The notes under the pieces are model-generated. The model was not told where the DNA came from and did no database searches. It worked only from the letters and a program-made list of their open reading frames with translations. A program made the position numbers and the translations under genes. Positions 11,062 through 24,300 of a DNA stretch of 64,000 nt are shown here, piece after piece; position 1 is the stretch's first letter; each line of letters opens with the position of its first letter. The stretch lies in the IMG/VR virus record IMGVR_UViG_2687453424_000001; one strand, given 5' to 3'. The DNA is from a virus. Taxonomy: Duplodnaviria > Heunggongvirae > Uroviricota > Caudoviricetes.

Positions 11062-14000
11062 NNNNNNNNNNNNNNNNNNNNNNNNNNNNNNNNNNNNNNN
11101 NNNNNNNNNNNNNNNNNNNNNNNNNNNNNNNNNNNNNNNNNNNNNNNNNNNNNNNNNNNNNNNNNNNNNNNNNNNNNNNNNNNNNNNNNNNNNNNNNNNN
11201 NNNNNNNNNNNNNNNNNNNNNNNNNNNNNNNNNNNNNNNNNNNNNNNNNNNNNNNNNNNNNNNNNNNNNNNNNNNNNNNNNNNNNNNNNNNNNNNNNNNN
11301 NNNNNNNNNNNNNNNNNNNNNNNNNNNNNNNNNNNNNNNNNNNNNNNNNNNNNNNNNNNNNNNNNNNNNNNNNNNNNNNNNNNNNNNNNNNNNNNNNNNN
11401 NNNNNNNNNNNNNNNNNNNNNNNNNNNNNNNNNNNNNNNNNNNNNNNNNNNNNNNNNNNNNNNNNNNNNNNNNNNNNNNNNNNNNNNNNNNNNNNNNNNN
11501 NNNNNNNNNNNNNNNNNNNNNNNNNNNNNNNNNNNNNNNNNNNNNNNNNNNNNNNNNNNNNNNNNNNNNNNNNNNNNNNNNNNNNNNNNNNNNNNNNNNN
11601 NNNNNNNNNNNNNNNNNNNNNNNNNNNNNNNNNNNNNNNNNNNNNNNNNNNNNNNNNNNNNNNNNNNNNNNNNNNNNNNNNNNNNNNNNNNNNNNNNNNN
11701 NNNNNNNNNNNNNNNNNNNNNNNNNNNNNNNNNNNNNNNNNNNNNNNNNNNNNNNNNNNNNNNNNNNNNNNNNNNNNNNNNNNNNNNNNNNNNNNNNNNN
11801 NNNNNNNNNNNNNNNNNNNNNNNNNNNNNNNNNNNNNNNNNNNNNNNNNNNNNNNNNNNNNNNNNNNNNNNNNNNNNNNNNNNNNNNNNNNNNNNNNNNN
11901 NNNNNNNNNNNNNNNNNNNNNNNNNNNNNNNNNNNNNNNNNNNNNNNNNNNNNNNNNNNNNNNNNNNNNNNNNNNNNNNNNNNNNNNNNNNNNNNNNNNN
12001 NNNNNNNNNNNNNNNNNNNNNNNNNNNNNNNNNNNNNNNNNNNNNNNNNNNNNNNNNNNNNNNNNNNNNNNNNNNNNNNNNNNNNNNNNNNNNNNNNNNN
12101 NNNNNNNNNNNNNNNNNNNNNNNNNNNNNNNNNNNNNNNNNNNNNNNNNNNNNNNNNNNNNNNNNNNNNNNNNNNNNNNNNNNNNNNNNNNNNNNNNNNN
12201 NNNNNNNNNNNNNNNNNNNNNNNNNNNNNNNNNNNNNNNNNNNNNNNNNNNNNNNNNNNNNNNNNNNNNNNNNNNNNNNNNNNNNNNNNNNNNNNNNNNN
12301 NNNNNNNNNNNNNNNNNNNNNNNNNNNNNNNNNNNNNNNNNNNNNNNNNNNNNNNNNNNNNNNNNNNNNNNNNNNNNNNNNNNNNNNNNNNNNNNNNNNN
12401 NNNNNNNNNNNNNNNNNNNNNNNNNNNNNNNNNNNNNNNNNNNNNNNNNNNNNNNNNNNNNNNNNNNNNNNNNNNNNNNNNNNNNNNNNNNNNNNNNNNN
12501 NNNNNNNNNNNNNNNNNNNNNNNNNNNNNNNNNNNNNNNNNNNNNNNNNNNNNNNNNNNNNNNNNNNNNNNNNNNNNNNNNNNNNNNNNNNNNNNNNNNN
12601 NNNNNNNNNNNNNNNNNNNNNNNNNNNNNNNNNNNNNNNNNNNNNNNNNNNNNNNNNNNNNNNNNNNNNNNNNNNNNNNNNNNNNNNNNNNNNNNNNNNN
12701 NNNNNNNNNNNNNNNNNNNNNNNNNNNNNNNNNNNNNNNNNNNNNNNNNNNNNNNNNNNNNNNNNNNNNNNNNNNNNNNNNNNNNNNNNNNNNNNNNNNN
12801 NNNNNNNNNNNNNNNNNNNNNNNNNNNNNNNNNNNNNNNNNNNNNNNNNNNNNNNNNNNNNNNNNNNNNNNNNNNNNNNNNNNNNNNNNNNNNNNNNNNN
12901 NNNNNNNNNNNNNNNNNNNNNNNNNNNNNNNNNNNNNNNNNNNNNNNNNNNNNNNNNNNNNNNNNNNNNNNNNNNNNNNNNNNNNNNNNNNNNNNNNNNN
13001 NNNNNNNNNNNNNNNNNNNNNNNNNNNNNNNNNNNNNNNNNNNNNNNNNNNNNNNNNNNNNNNNNNNNNNNNNNNNNNNNNNNNNNNNNNNNNNNNNNNN
13101 NNNNNNNNNNNNNNNNNNNNNNNNNNNNNNNNNNNNNNNNNNNNNNNNNNNNNNNNNNNNNNNNNNNNNNNNNNNNNNNNNNNNNNNNNNNNNNNNNNNN
13201 NNNNNNNNNNNNNNNNNNNNNNNNNNNNNNNNNNNNNNNNNNNNNNNNNNNNNNNNNNNNNNNNNNNNNNNNNNNNNNNNNNNNNNNNNNNNNNNNNNNN
13301 NNNNNNNNNNNNNNNNNNNNNNNNNNNNNNNNNNNNNNNNNNNNNNNNNNNNNNNNNNNNNNNNNNNNNNNNNNNNNNNNNNNNNNNNNNNNNNNNNNNN
13401 NNNNNNNNNNNNNNNNNNNNNNNNNNNNNNNNNNNNNNNNNNNNNNNNNNNNNNNNNNNNNNNNNNNNNNNNNNNNNNNNNNNNNNNNNNNNNNNNNNNN
13501 NNNNNNNNNNNNNNNNNNNNNNNNNNNNNNNNNNNNNNNNNNNNNNNNNNNNNNNNNNNNNNNNNNNNNNNNNNNNNNNNNNNNNNNNNNNNNNNNNNNN
13601 NNNNNNNNNNNNNNNNNNNNNNNNNNNNNNNNNNNNNNNNNNNNNNNNNNNNNNNNNNNNNNNNNNNNNNNNNNNNNNNNNNNNNNNNNNNNNNNNNNNN
13701 NNNNNNNNNNNNNNNNNNNNNNNNNNNNNNNNNNNNNNNNNNNNNNNNNNNNNNNNNNNNNNNNNNNNNNNNNNNNNNNNNNNNNNNNNNNNNNNNNNNN
13801 NNNNNNNNNNNNNNNNNNNNNNNNNNNNNNNNNNNNNNNNNNNNNNNNNNNNNNNNNNNNNNNNNNNNNNNNNNNNNNNNNNNNNNNNNNNNNNNNNNNN
13901 NNNNNNNNNNNNNNNNNNNNNNNNNNNNNNNNNNNNNNNNNNNNNNNNNNNNNNNNNNNNNNNNNNNNNNNNNNNNNNNNNNNNNNNNNNNNNNNNNNNN

Positions 14001-15938
14001 NNNNNNNNNNNNNNNNNNNNNNNNNNNNNNNNNNNNNNNNNNNNNNNNNNNNNNNNNNNNNNNNNNNNNNNNNNNNNNNNNNNNNNNNNNNNNNNNNNNN
14101 NNNNNNNNNNNNNNNNNNNNNNNNNNNNNNNNNNNNNNNNNNNNNNNNNNNNNNNNNNNNNNNNNNNNNNNNNNNNNNNNNNNNNNNNNNNNNNNNNNNN
14201 NNNNNNNNNNNNNNNNNNNNNNNNNNNNNNNNNNNNNNNNNNNNNNNNNNNNNNNNNNNNNNNNNNNNNNNNNNNNNNNNNNNNNNNNNNNNNNNNNNNN
14301 NNNNNNNNNNNNNNNNNNNNNNNNNNNNNNNNNNNNNNNNNNNNNNNNNNNNNNNNNNNNNNNNNNNNNNNNNNNNNNNNNNNNNNNNNNNNNNNNNNNN
14401 NNNNNNNNNNNNNNNNNNNNNNNNNNNNNNNNNNNNNNNNNNNNNNNNNNNNNNNNNNNNNNNNNNNNNNNNNNNNNNNNNNNNNNNNNNNNNNNNNNNN
14501 NNNNNNNNNNNNNNNNNNNNNNNNNNNNNNNNNNNNNNNNNNNNNNNNNNNNNNNNNNNNNNNNNNNNNNNNNNNNNNNNNNNNNNNNNNNNNNNNNNNN
14601 NNNNNNNNNNNNNNNNNNNNNNNNNNNNNNNNNNNNNNNNNNNNNNNNNNNNNNNNNNNNNNNNNNNNNNNNNNNNNNNNNNNNNNNNNNNNNNNNNNNN
14701 NNNNNNNNNNNNNNNNNNNNNNNNNNNNNNNNNNNNNNNNNNNNNNNNNNNNNNNNNNNNNNNNNNNNNNNNNNNNNNNNNNNNNNNNNNNNNNNNNNNN
14801 NNNNNNNNNNNNNNNNNNNNNNNNNNNNNNNNNNNNNNNNNNNNNNNNNNNNNNNNNNNNNNNNNNNNNNNNNNNNNNNNNNNNNNNNNNNNNNNNNNNN
14901 NNNNNNNNNNNNNNNNNNNNNNNNNNNNNNNNNNNNNNNNNNNNNNNNNNNNNNNNNNNNNNNNNNNNNNNNNNNNNNNNNNNNNNNNNNNNNNNNNNNN
15001 NNNNNNNNNNNNNNNNNNNNNNNNNNNNNNNNNNNNNNNNNNNNNNNNNNNNNNNNNNNNNNNNNNNNNNNNNNNNNNNNNNNNNNNNNNNNNNNNNNNN
15101 NNNNNNNNNNNNNNNNNNNNNNNNNNNNNNNNNNNNNNNNNNNNNNNNNNNNNNNNNNNNNNNNNNNNNNNNNNNNNNNNNNNNNNNNNNNNNNNNNNNN
15201 NNNNNNNNNNNNNNNNNNNNNNNNNNNNNNNNNNNNNNNNNNNNNNNNNNNNNNNNNNNNNNNNNNNNNNNNNNNNNNNNNNNNNNNNNNNNNNNNNNNN
15301 NNNNNNNNNNNNNNNNNNNNNNNNNNNNNNNNNNNNNNNNNNNNNNNNNNNNNNNNNNNNNNNNNNNNNNNNNNNNNNNNNNNNNNNNNNNNNNNNNNNN
15401 NNNNNNNNNNNNNNNNNNNNNNNNNNNNNNNNNNNNNNNNNNNNNNNNNNNNNNNNNNNNNNNNNNNNNNNNNNNNNNNNNNNNNNNNNNNNNNNNNNNN
15501 NNNNNNNNNNNNNNNNNNNNNNNNNNNNNNNNNNNNNNNNNNNNNNNNNNNNNNNNNNNNNNNNNNNNNNNNNNNNNNNNNNNNNNNNNNNNNNNNNNNN
15601 NNNNNNNNNNNNNNNNNNNNNNNNNNNNNNNNNNNNNNNNNNNNNNNNNNNNNNNNNNNNNNNNNNNNNNNNNNNNNNNNNNNNNNNNNNNNNNNNNNNN
15701 NNNNNNNNNNNNNNNNNNNNNNNNNNNNNNNNNNNNNNNNNNNNNNNNNNNNNNNNNNNNNNNNNNNNNNNNNNNNNNNNNNNNNNNNNNNNNNNNNNNN
15801 NNNNNNNNNNNNNNNNNNNNNNNNNNNNNNNNNNNNNNNNNNNNNNNNNNNNNNNNNNNNNNNNNNNNNNNNNNNNNNNNNNNNNNNNNNNNNNNNNNNN
15901 NNNNNNNNNNNNNNNNNNNNNNNNNNNNNNNNNNNNNN
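11062..15938. other. assembly gap (N run)
   Basis: continuous n. Confidence 1.
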
Positions 15939-16200
15939 CTTCCTGAAGGGTTCCGTGGGGTTCCGTGGCCTCACACACCTGAACACGGAGAGTTCCAGAA
16001 TCAGCCACCCCTGTGGTCCCCATGTCCCCAAGGTCATTGTGATGCATGAACCCTGACTGGGTCCATGGGGTGCTCTGGATTTGCTCCAGGCACTCTCTGG
16101 GAATCTCTAGGGGCATCCCTGGGTTGCTCTGGGCATCCTGAGGATGCTCTGGGGGTGCTTTAGGTGTCACCACAGACCAAATCCCTCCCAAATCTGGCAA
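15939..16200. repeat. low-complexity G/C-rich repeat (gggtgctctgg-like units)
   Basis: Repeated short motifs (ggggtgctctgg, gggttgctctggg, ggatgctctggggg). Confidence 0.5.
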
Positions 16201-16629
16201 ACCTGGGGTTTATTGGTTTTTTTACTCCAACCTTGCCATGAGCAGGGAGCACTTTCTCCATCCTGACCCTTATTCAATAGAATTTCTCTCCCTCTCATCC
16301 AATCTATATTAAATCTGTGGTAAATCCAGGAAAAGCTGCCTCTCTGCTTGCCTTGAACCAGGAAAGACCCGCTGCCAAATGAATGTCATTCTGGGCAGCC
16401 TGTGACAGTGTCCCACCACGCTCACAGGGAAGAACTTCCCCCTAAGGTCCCATCATATTCACCCCCTTCTGTCAACTTAAAGCCGTTCCCACTTGTCTGA
16501 TCACTACACGCCCTTGTAAAGAATGCCCCTCCAGCTTTCTTGTAGGCATCAAACGTGGTCACGTCCCTTGCACTGCCCTTCCCTCCCCTGCCCACATCCC
16601 TCCATCCCGCAGGGGGGCAGAGAGACCCC

Positions 16630-16975
16630 GCAGCTGCCCCACGGGGAAACTGGGGGGAGTCACCCGGGAGGCCCAGATCCCTCGTCGGGGCAGGCTGGGT
16701 ATTGGACGGTGAGTGGTGAGCAATTGTATTCTCTCCCCTTGTTCTTCCCCTCACCATTATTGTTACTGGCGGTAGCAGCAGTGGGTTTCAGTTATCCCTT
16801 AGTTACTGGACTGCTCTTATCTCAACCCATGGCAGTTACATTCTTTCCATTCTCCTCCCCTTCCCTCTGGAGCTCGGGGGGCGGTGGGGATGGAGGTCAG
16901 AGGGAGGTGGGGGGAGAGGAAGGAGAGTGAGCGAGCGGCTGCGTGGTTCTCAGTTACCGGCTGGGCTAAACCATG
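16630..16975 (+). repeat. LTR-like interspersed repeat, partial copy (same family as 62075-62595)
   Basis: Aligns by eye to the 3' half of 62075-62595 (..gtattctc..cattatt..ctggcggtagcagcagtg..cttatctcaaccc..). Confidence 0.6.
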
Positions 16976-17950
16976 ACACTCCCCAGACCCACAAATACCC
17001 CCCAAGTGACCCCCATCGAGCCACATCTGCCTGCCAAGTGACCCCCCAGAGACCCCCAGACACACAACTGCCCCCCATGTGACCCCAAATTGACTCCGCA
17101 GACCAACCACTGCGACCCAAGTGACCCTGAAGTGACCCCCCAGACCCACAACTATCTCCAAAGTGACCCCCAAGGGACCACCCATACCTACAACTGCCCC
17201 CAAATGACCACCAAGCAACCACCTAGACCCCCAACTGTCCCCAAATTGACCCCCACGTGACCCCCATCGAGCCACAGCTGTCCCCCAAGTGACCCCAAAT
17301 TGACTCCCCAGACCCACAACTGCCTCACAAGTGACCCCAAGTGACCACCCAGTCCCACAACTGTCCCCCAAGTGACCCCAAATTGACTCCCCAGACCCAC
17401 AACTGCCCCACAAGTTACCCCAAGTAAGCACCCAGACCCACAAGTGCCCTGCATGTGACCCTCCAGACCCACAAATGCCCCCCCAAGTGACTCCAAATTG
17501 ACTCCATAGACCAAAAACTGCCTCTCAAGTGACCCCCCAGTGACTTCCAGAACCACAACTGCCCCCAAGTGTCCCTAAAGATATCCCCATAGAGCCAAAA
17601 ACTGCCCCCCAAGTGACCCCAAATTGACTCCCCAGACCCACATCTCCCGCCAAGTGACCACCCAGGCAAACAACTGCCCCCCCAAGTGACTCCCCAGACT
17701 CAAAACTGCCTCCCAAGTGACACCCTAGACCCACAACTGCCTCCTAAGTGACCCCTGAGTAAACCCGCAGATCCACAACTGTCATTCAAGTGGCCCCCAG
17801 GTGTCCACCCAGACGCACAACAAACCCAAGTGACCCCCAAGTGGCACGTCAGACCTACACCTCCACCTCCAGTGACCTCCCAGTCACCCCCAAACCCACT
17901 CCTGCCCCTCAAATGACTCCCCAGACCCACAACTGCCCCCCAGGTTGGGG
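16975..17950. repeat. tandem minisatellite, ~31-bp unit (caagtgaccccccagacccacaactgccccc) with frequent 11-bp insert (caaattgactc) giving 42-bp units
   Basis: More than 20 degenerate tandem units read directly; same satellite recurs at 63840-64000. Confidence 0.85.
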
Positions 17951-19639
17951 GTCAGAGAATCCTGGCATCCCGGAGGCACGGATGGGTTGGGGGGAGCAAA
18001 CTTTCCCGGTTGGTTCCATTTCAGCCTGAGCAGCGCCAGCAGGAACATCCAAAAAGCTTTTTGCTCCTCTTGTCCTGAGCCCTGCTCTGCGGGGCTGTCA
18101 GAGCCATGGCAGTGCAGCGCTGAGCTTCCTCTGCTGCCCCCTGCCGGCAGGCTGTGCACAAGGGCAGTGCCCATCAGCTCTCGTGGCTCTGCAGCAGCAG
18201 CAGCGGTGCTTTGGCTCTGCGCTCCGGTGAGCACAGGGTTTACACAGCTTGTCTGAACCGGAGCCCGTTGTGAACAGGAAGAGACAATTCGGGAGGAAAA
18301 AGGGGGTTAAACAGTGCCCGCATTGCCTTCTTCTCTGTGAGGCCATGTTCTGCTCCTGCAATCCAGTCAGGCCGTGGATTTGCTGATGACCTTCACCAAG
18401 GCATGGGCTGCCTGATTTTTGTCTGGTGCTCATCCTTTTCCTCTTGCCTTTTAAAATAACAGCAGCAGGGTTTGGTTTTTTCCCAATCTCTTCTGCTTTC
18501 AAGGCAGTTGATTCTTTTAGCGCACCTGAAGGGTTTGGCTCAGAATAAGCAGCCATCCTTGCACACCTCCTGATAGCGTATCAACAAGACTCAGTGAATC
18601 CTGTCAAGCACAGTGAAGTCTGTCACAGCTGCTGTGCTGCCATGTGGGGATTGTGGTTTGGTTGGTAGGAGATGGATTTGAAAGCAGGAAAAGGACAGAA
18701 AGCATTCATGTTGTTTACTGCTGAGCACGTTGCTGCTGTGACTCTCAAACCATCGGTTTCAAATGCTCCCTTGCACAACTGTTGTTGAACTTTCCCTGTG
18801 CTAAGAAAGCAAGTTGTTGGGACTTCTTCCTTTTTAAAAGAAATGAAGAATGGTGCAGAACTTCCACGTGAACTGTTTGACCTGAATATGGATCTGGTTC
18901 CAGTGCTGTTATCCAGGAGATAAGAAACAGCTTCTTTTGTTCGACTGTAATTTTTACAAGAGGTGAACTGGTTCAGAATTGTGTTTCCTTCATAATTTTT
19001 TGGCCAGCAAAAAGTTAGATTTCTGCTTTCCTTTATGGTTGTTTTTGAATGGTATCCCCTAAGGCATAGCAGTGCTCAGTAGCTGTGCAGTAGTGTGCTC
19101 GCCTTCCTATACAGCCAAATCCCTAGGAAAAATCTTCCTCCTCCTGTTGTTTCACTCCAGAATAGGAAGGGTGAGCACCAGGTTCTGTCATCTGGATGAA
19201 TGTGTCTGTGGGCTTACGCTTTTCAGACAGCTGGGTGACAGTAGTGGGTGACAGTGGGACATCAAGTGCCCCACAGTTATCTGACTGCTCTGCTCCTCCA
19301 GGACCATGGGTGCAGATGGGCTGGAGACAGCTCCTCCATCCCAGCCCATCTCTGCCCCCCCATTAGATGAAGCCTGCAAGCGAGGGCTGCAGGTACGTGC
19401 TGAGGCAAAGGGGCAGCACCGTGGGTGAGACCGCAGGGAGCTGAGCCTGACCCTGCTGGATCCCCATCCCCTCCAGGAGGTCTGGCAGCTGGCTGCAGAG
19501 TGGGAGCAAGGGAAGACCCATTGGCAGGAGGGCAGGAGAAAGTGAAGGCAGAATGGGCGGTGTGGGAAGGCTGGGCTGCAGGGGAGGACCAGCATCCTCC
19601 CCAGGGATGGGGATAGGGATTGACCCTCGCCTGCTGCAG

Positions 19640-19745
19640 GCTCCTTCACAGTATCACAGTATCACAGTATGTTAGAGATTGGAAGGGACCTCAAAAGATC
19701 ATCTAGTCCAATCCCCCTGCCATGAGGTCCTCTGGGATACGGCAC
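19640..19745 (-). mobile_element. short CR1 3'-terminus-like fragment
   Basis: cacagtatcacagtat octamer repeats followed by gattggaagggacctcaaaagatcatctagtccaatccccctgccatg. Confidence 0.45.
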
Positions 19746-20594
19746 CATGAGGCTTGCTGAGATCATCTCCTCCATGCCGAGCTCTTGGGATCGGAGGCCT
19801 TTGGGTTTCCCACCCTCCAACCCAGCCCAGGAGAAAGGAGAGGTGGAGAAAGGCTGAAACCCCTTTGCCAGCAGAGGAGACGGCAGCAGCAGCCCCGCTG
19901 GAGAGAGCCCAGCCTGAGTAAGTGTGGACACTGCCTGTTGGGCAGCCCCATCCCTGCATGCTGGGGCTGCAGAGGAGCAGCCTGGGATGTGCTGGGTCAG
20001 CTCCACAGCCAAAGGATGATGCTTCCCTGTGTTGCAGCTGCCTTTCCTCACGAGCTGCCCAGGTCCTCAGGAGGCTGGAGCTGTTCCAAGCACCGAGGAA
20101 CATCTTCAAGAATGTCACTGAGAACAGCAGGAGGAGGATGGAGCAGCAGAGGCAGCTCCTCCACTAACGGTATCCATAAGGGGATGGGCTTCCCATGGCA
20201 AAGGGGCTGGAGGCTCCTCAGCTGCCAAGGTCCACCCCGAAATCCATAATAAAGAGCTCTGGGGCTGCTTGCAGTGATGGATCCATCAAAGCAGAGTAAA
20301 CGCAGGAAGATGCTCAAGCTCTCCTGCTCACATTCCCACCTCAGGGCACCTGAGCTCCCAAAGCTGCCTTGGTGTGATGTCACCCATCACTTATGATGTC
20401 ACAAAGCTCCGGCACTTATGTAACAAAGCCAGGCATAAAAGCGGAGCCGTTCCTGTGTCTGGGTCATGATGGAAGAGCTGCCTGAGTGGTTGGGTCGCTC
20501 GTGAGGAAGCTGCGTTGGTGGTACCTGCGCCTCAGCAGATGCAGAGAGAAAGCTGCAGAAAGAAAACTTCTGACCAAGTATGTGTGGAAAATAA

Positions 20595-21065
20595 TAGAAT
20601 CATAGAATAGTTAGGGTTGGAAAGGACCTTAAGATCATCTAGTTCCACCCCCCCTGCTATGGGCAGGGACACTTCACGCTAAACCATGTCACCCAAGGCT
20701 CTGTCCAGCCTGGCCTTGAACACCGCCAAGGATGGAGCATTCACAACTTTCCTCGGCAACCCGTTCCAGTGCCTCACCACCCTCACAGTAAAGAATTTCT
20801 TCCTTATATCCAATTTACACTTCCCCTGTTTAAGTTTTAACCAGTTACCCGTGGTCCTATCACTACAGTCCCTAATGAATAGTCCATCGACCAAGACCCC
20901 CAAGTCCTTCTCCACAGGGCTGCTCTGAATCTCCTGTCTGCCCAACCTGTAGCTGTGCCTGGGATTTCTTCGAATCAGGTGTAGGACCTTGCACGTGGCA
21001 TGGTTAAACCTCATAAGGTTGGCATCAGCCCACCTCACAAGCGTGTCGAAGTCCCTAACCAAATT
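20595..21065 (-). mobile_element. CR1 LINE 3' fragment with internal deletion
   Basis: Minus ORF 20679-21062 reads ..[84 protein letters not shown] (CR1 ORF2 C-terminus); 3' octamer repeats at 20595. Confidence 0.85.
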
Positions 21066-21094
21066 TCATTTCATATTAAGAAAATATTCCTCAT

Positions 21095-21305
21095 GTTGAG
21101 GATACAGAGACAGTGGCAAACTCTTGCCCAGAGAAGCTTTGGCTGCTCCATTGTGGGCAGTGTTCAAGGGCAGGTTGGAAAGGGAAGGTTGGACAGAGCA
21201 GCTTGGAGCAAGCTGCTGTAGTGGAAGATGCCCCTGCCAGTGGCACGGGTTGGAGCTGGATGAGCTTTAAGGTCCCTTCCACCTCAACCCAGTCTGGCAT
21301 TCCAT
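21095..21305 (+). mobile_element. CR1 LINE 3'-terminal fragment, opposite orientation to neighbour
   Basis: ..ttgcccagagaagctttggctgctcc...gttcaagggcaggttgg...ctggatgagctttaaggtcccttccacctcaaccc...attccatgattctc is the sense-strand CR1 3' end. Confidence 0.75.
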
Positions 21306-21377
21306 GATTCTCTGCTGTGCCAATGTCGGTCACTCTCTACTTGTCGTAGGTGGCCGTGATGCCCTGTTCCGTTGCCC

Positions 21378-24300
21378 NNNNNNNNNNNNNNNNNNNNNNN
21401 NNNNNNNNNNNNNNNNNNNNNNNNNNNNNNNNNNNNNNNNNNNNNNNNNNNNNNNNNNNNNNNNNNNNNNNNNNNNNNNNNNNNNNNNNNNNNNNNNNNN
21501 NNNNNNNNNNNNNNNNNNNNNNNNNNNNNNNNNNNNNNNNNNNNNNNNNNNNNNNNNNNNNNNNNNNNNNNNNNNNNNNNNNNNNNNNNNNNNNNNNNNN
21601 NNNNNNNNNNNNNNNNNNNNNNNNNNNNNNNNNNNNNNNNNNNNNNNNNNNNNNNNNNNNNNNNNNNNNNNNNNNNNNNNNNNNNNNNNNNNNNNNNNNN
21701 NNNNNNNNNNNNNNNNNNNNNNNNNNNNNNNNNNNNNNNNNNNNNNNNNNNNNNNNNNNNNNNNNNNNNNNNNNNNNNNNNNNNNNNNNNNNNNNNNNNN
21801 NNNNNNNNNNNNNNNNNNNNNNNNNNNNNNNNNNNNNNNNNNNNNNNNNNNNNNNNNNNNNNNNNNNNNNNNNNNNNNNNNNNNNNNNNNNNNNNNNNNN
21901 NNNNNNNNNNNNNNNNNNNNNNNNNNNNNNNNNNNNNNNNNNNNNNNNNNNNNNNNNNNNNNNNNNNNNNNNNNNNNNNNNNNNNNNNNNNNNNNNNNNN
22001 NNNNNNNNNNNNNNNNNNNNNNNNNNNNNNNNNNNNNNNNNNNNNNNNNNNNNNNNNNNNNNNNNNNNNNNNNNNNNNNNNNNNNNNNNNNNNNNNNNNN
22101 NNNNNNNNNNNNNNNNNNNNNNNNNNNNNNNNNNNNNNNNNNNNNNNNNNNNNNNNNNNNNNNNNNNNNNNNNNNNNNNNNNNNNNNNNNNNNNNNNNNN
22201 NNNNNNNNNNNNNNNNNNNNNNNNNNNNNNNNNNNNNNNNNNNNNNNNNNNNNNNNNNNNNNNNNNNNNNNNNNNNNNNNNNNNNNNNNNNNNNNNNNNN
22301 NNNNNNNNNNNNNNNNNNNNNNNNNNNNNNNNNNNNNNNNNNNNNNNNNNNNNNNNNNNNNNNNNNNNNNNNNNNNNNNNNNNNNNNNNNNNNNNNNNNN
22401 NNNNNNNNNNNNNNNNNNNNNNNNNNNNNNNNNNNNNNNNNNNNNNNNNNNNNNNNNNNNNNNNNNNNNNNNNNNNNNNNNNNNNNNNNNNNNNNNNNNN
22501 NNNNNNNNNNNNNNNNNNNNNNNNNNNNNNNNNNNNNNNNNNNNNNNNNNNNNNNNNNNNNNNNNNNNNNNNNNNNNNNNNNNNNNNNNNNNNNNNNNNN
22601 NNNNNNNNNNNNNNNNNNNNNNNNNNNNNNNNNNNNNNNNNNNNNNNNNNNNNNNNNNNNNNNNNNNNNNNNNNNNNNNNNNNNNNNNNNNNNNNNNNNN
22701 NNNNNNNNNNNNNNNNNNNNNNNNNNNNNNNNNNNNNNNNNNNNNNNNNNNNNNNNNNNNNNNNNNNNNNNNNNNNNNNNNNNNNNNNNNNNNNNNNNNN
22801 NNNNNNNNNNNNNNNNNNNNNNNNNNNNNNNNNNNNNNNNNNNNNNNNNNNNNNNNNNNNNNNNNNNNNNNNNNNNNNNNNNNNNNNNNNNNNNNNNNNN
22901 NNNNNNNNNNNNNNNNNNNNNNNNNNNNNNNNNNNNNNNNNNNNNNNNNNNNNNNNNNNNNNNNNNNNNNNNNNNNNNNNNNNNNNNNNNNNNNNNNNNN
23001 NNNNNNNNNNNNNNNNNNNNNNNNNNNNNNNNNNNNNNNNNNNNNNNNNNNNNNNNNNNNNNNNNNNNNNNNNNNNNNNNNNNNNNNNNNNNNNNNNNNN
23101 NNNNNNNNNNNNNNNNNNNNNNNNNNNNNNNNNNNNNNNNNNNNNNNNNNNNNNNNNNNNNNNNNNNNNNNNNNNNNNNNNNNNNNNNNNNNNNNNNNNN
23201 NNNNNNNNNNNNNNNNNNNNNNNNNNNNNNNNNNNNNNNNNNNNNNNNNNNNNNNNNNNNNNNNNNNNNNNNNNNNNNNNNNNNNNNNNNNNNNNNNNNN
23301 NNNNNNNNNNNNNNNNNNNNNNNNNNNNNNNNNNNNNNNNNNNNNNNNNNNNNNNNNNNNNNNNNNNNNNNNNNNNNNNNNNNNNNNNNNNNNNNNNNNN
23401 NNNNNNNNNNNNNNNNNNNNNNNNNNNNNNNNNNNNNNNNNNNNNNNNNNNNNNNNNNNNNNNNNNNNNNNNNNNNNNNNNNNNNNNNNNNNNNNNNNNN
23501 NNNNNNNNNNNNNNNNNNNNNNNNNNNNNNNNNNNNNNNNNNNNNNNNNNNNNNNNNNNNNNNNNNNNNNNNNNNNNNNNNNNNNNNNNNNNNNNNNNNN
23601 NNNNNNNNNNNNNNNNNNNNNNNNNNNNNNNNNNNNNNNNNNNNNNNNNNNNNNNNNNNNNNNNNNNNNNNNNNNNNNNNNNNNNNNNNNNNNNNNNNNN
23701 NNNNNNNNNNNNNNNNNNNNNNNNNNNNNNNNNNNNNNNNNNNNNNNNNNNNNNNNNNNNNNNNNNNNNNNNNNNNNNNNNNNNNNNNNNNNNNNNNNNN
23801 NNNNNNNNNNNNNNNNNNNNNNNNNNNNNNNNNNNNNNNNNNNNNNNNNNNNNNNNNNNNNNNNNNNNNNNNNNNNNNNNNNNNNNNNNNNNNNNNNNNN
23901 NNNNNNNNNNNNNNNNNNNNNNNNNNNNNNNNNNNNNNNNNNNNNNNNNNNNNNNNNNNNNNNNNNNNNNNNNNNNNNNNNNNNNNNNNNNNNNNNNNNN
24001 NNNNNNNNNNNNNNNNNNNNNNNNNNNNNNNNNNNNNNNNNNNNNNNNNNNNNNNNNNNNNNNNNNNNNNNNNNNNNNNNNNNNNNNNNNNNNNNNNNNN
24101 NNNNNNNNNNNNNNNNNNNNNNNNNNNNNNNNNNNNNNNNNNNNNNNNNNNNNNNNNNNNNNNNNNNNNNNNNNNNNNNNNNNNNNNNNNNNNNNNNNNN
24201 NNNNNNNNNNNNNNNNNNNNNNNNNNNNNNNNNNNNNNNNNNNNNNNNNNNNNNNNNNNNNNNNNNNNNNNNNNNNNNNNNNNNNNNNNNNNNNNNNNNN

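Noticed and set aside
16817-17930. Several overlapping minus-strand ORFs (G/W/L-rich, 60-208 aa) as genes
   Set aside because: They are translations of the C-rich 31/42-bp satellite; the periodic low-complexity peptides have no protein motif.
16975-17950. CRISPR array
   Set aside because: Repeats are degenerate and directly abutting with no unique spacers of regular length, and the context is eukaryotic; this is a minisatellite.
18000-20590. Host protein-coding exons among ORFs such as 18098-18556, 19188-19649, 19785-20249
   Set aside because: No recognisable domain motifs, low-complexity composition and overlapping frames; likely non-coding. An exon cannot be excluded without splice-aware comparison.
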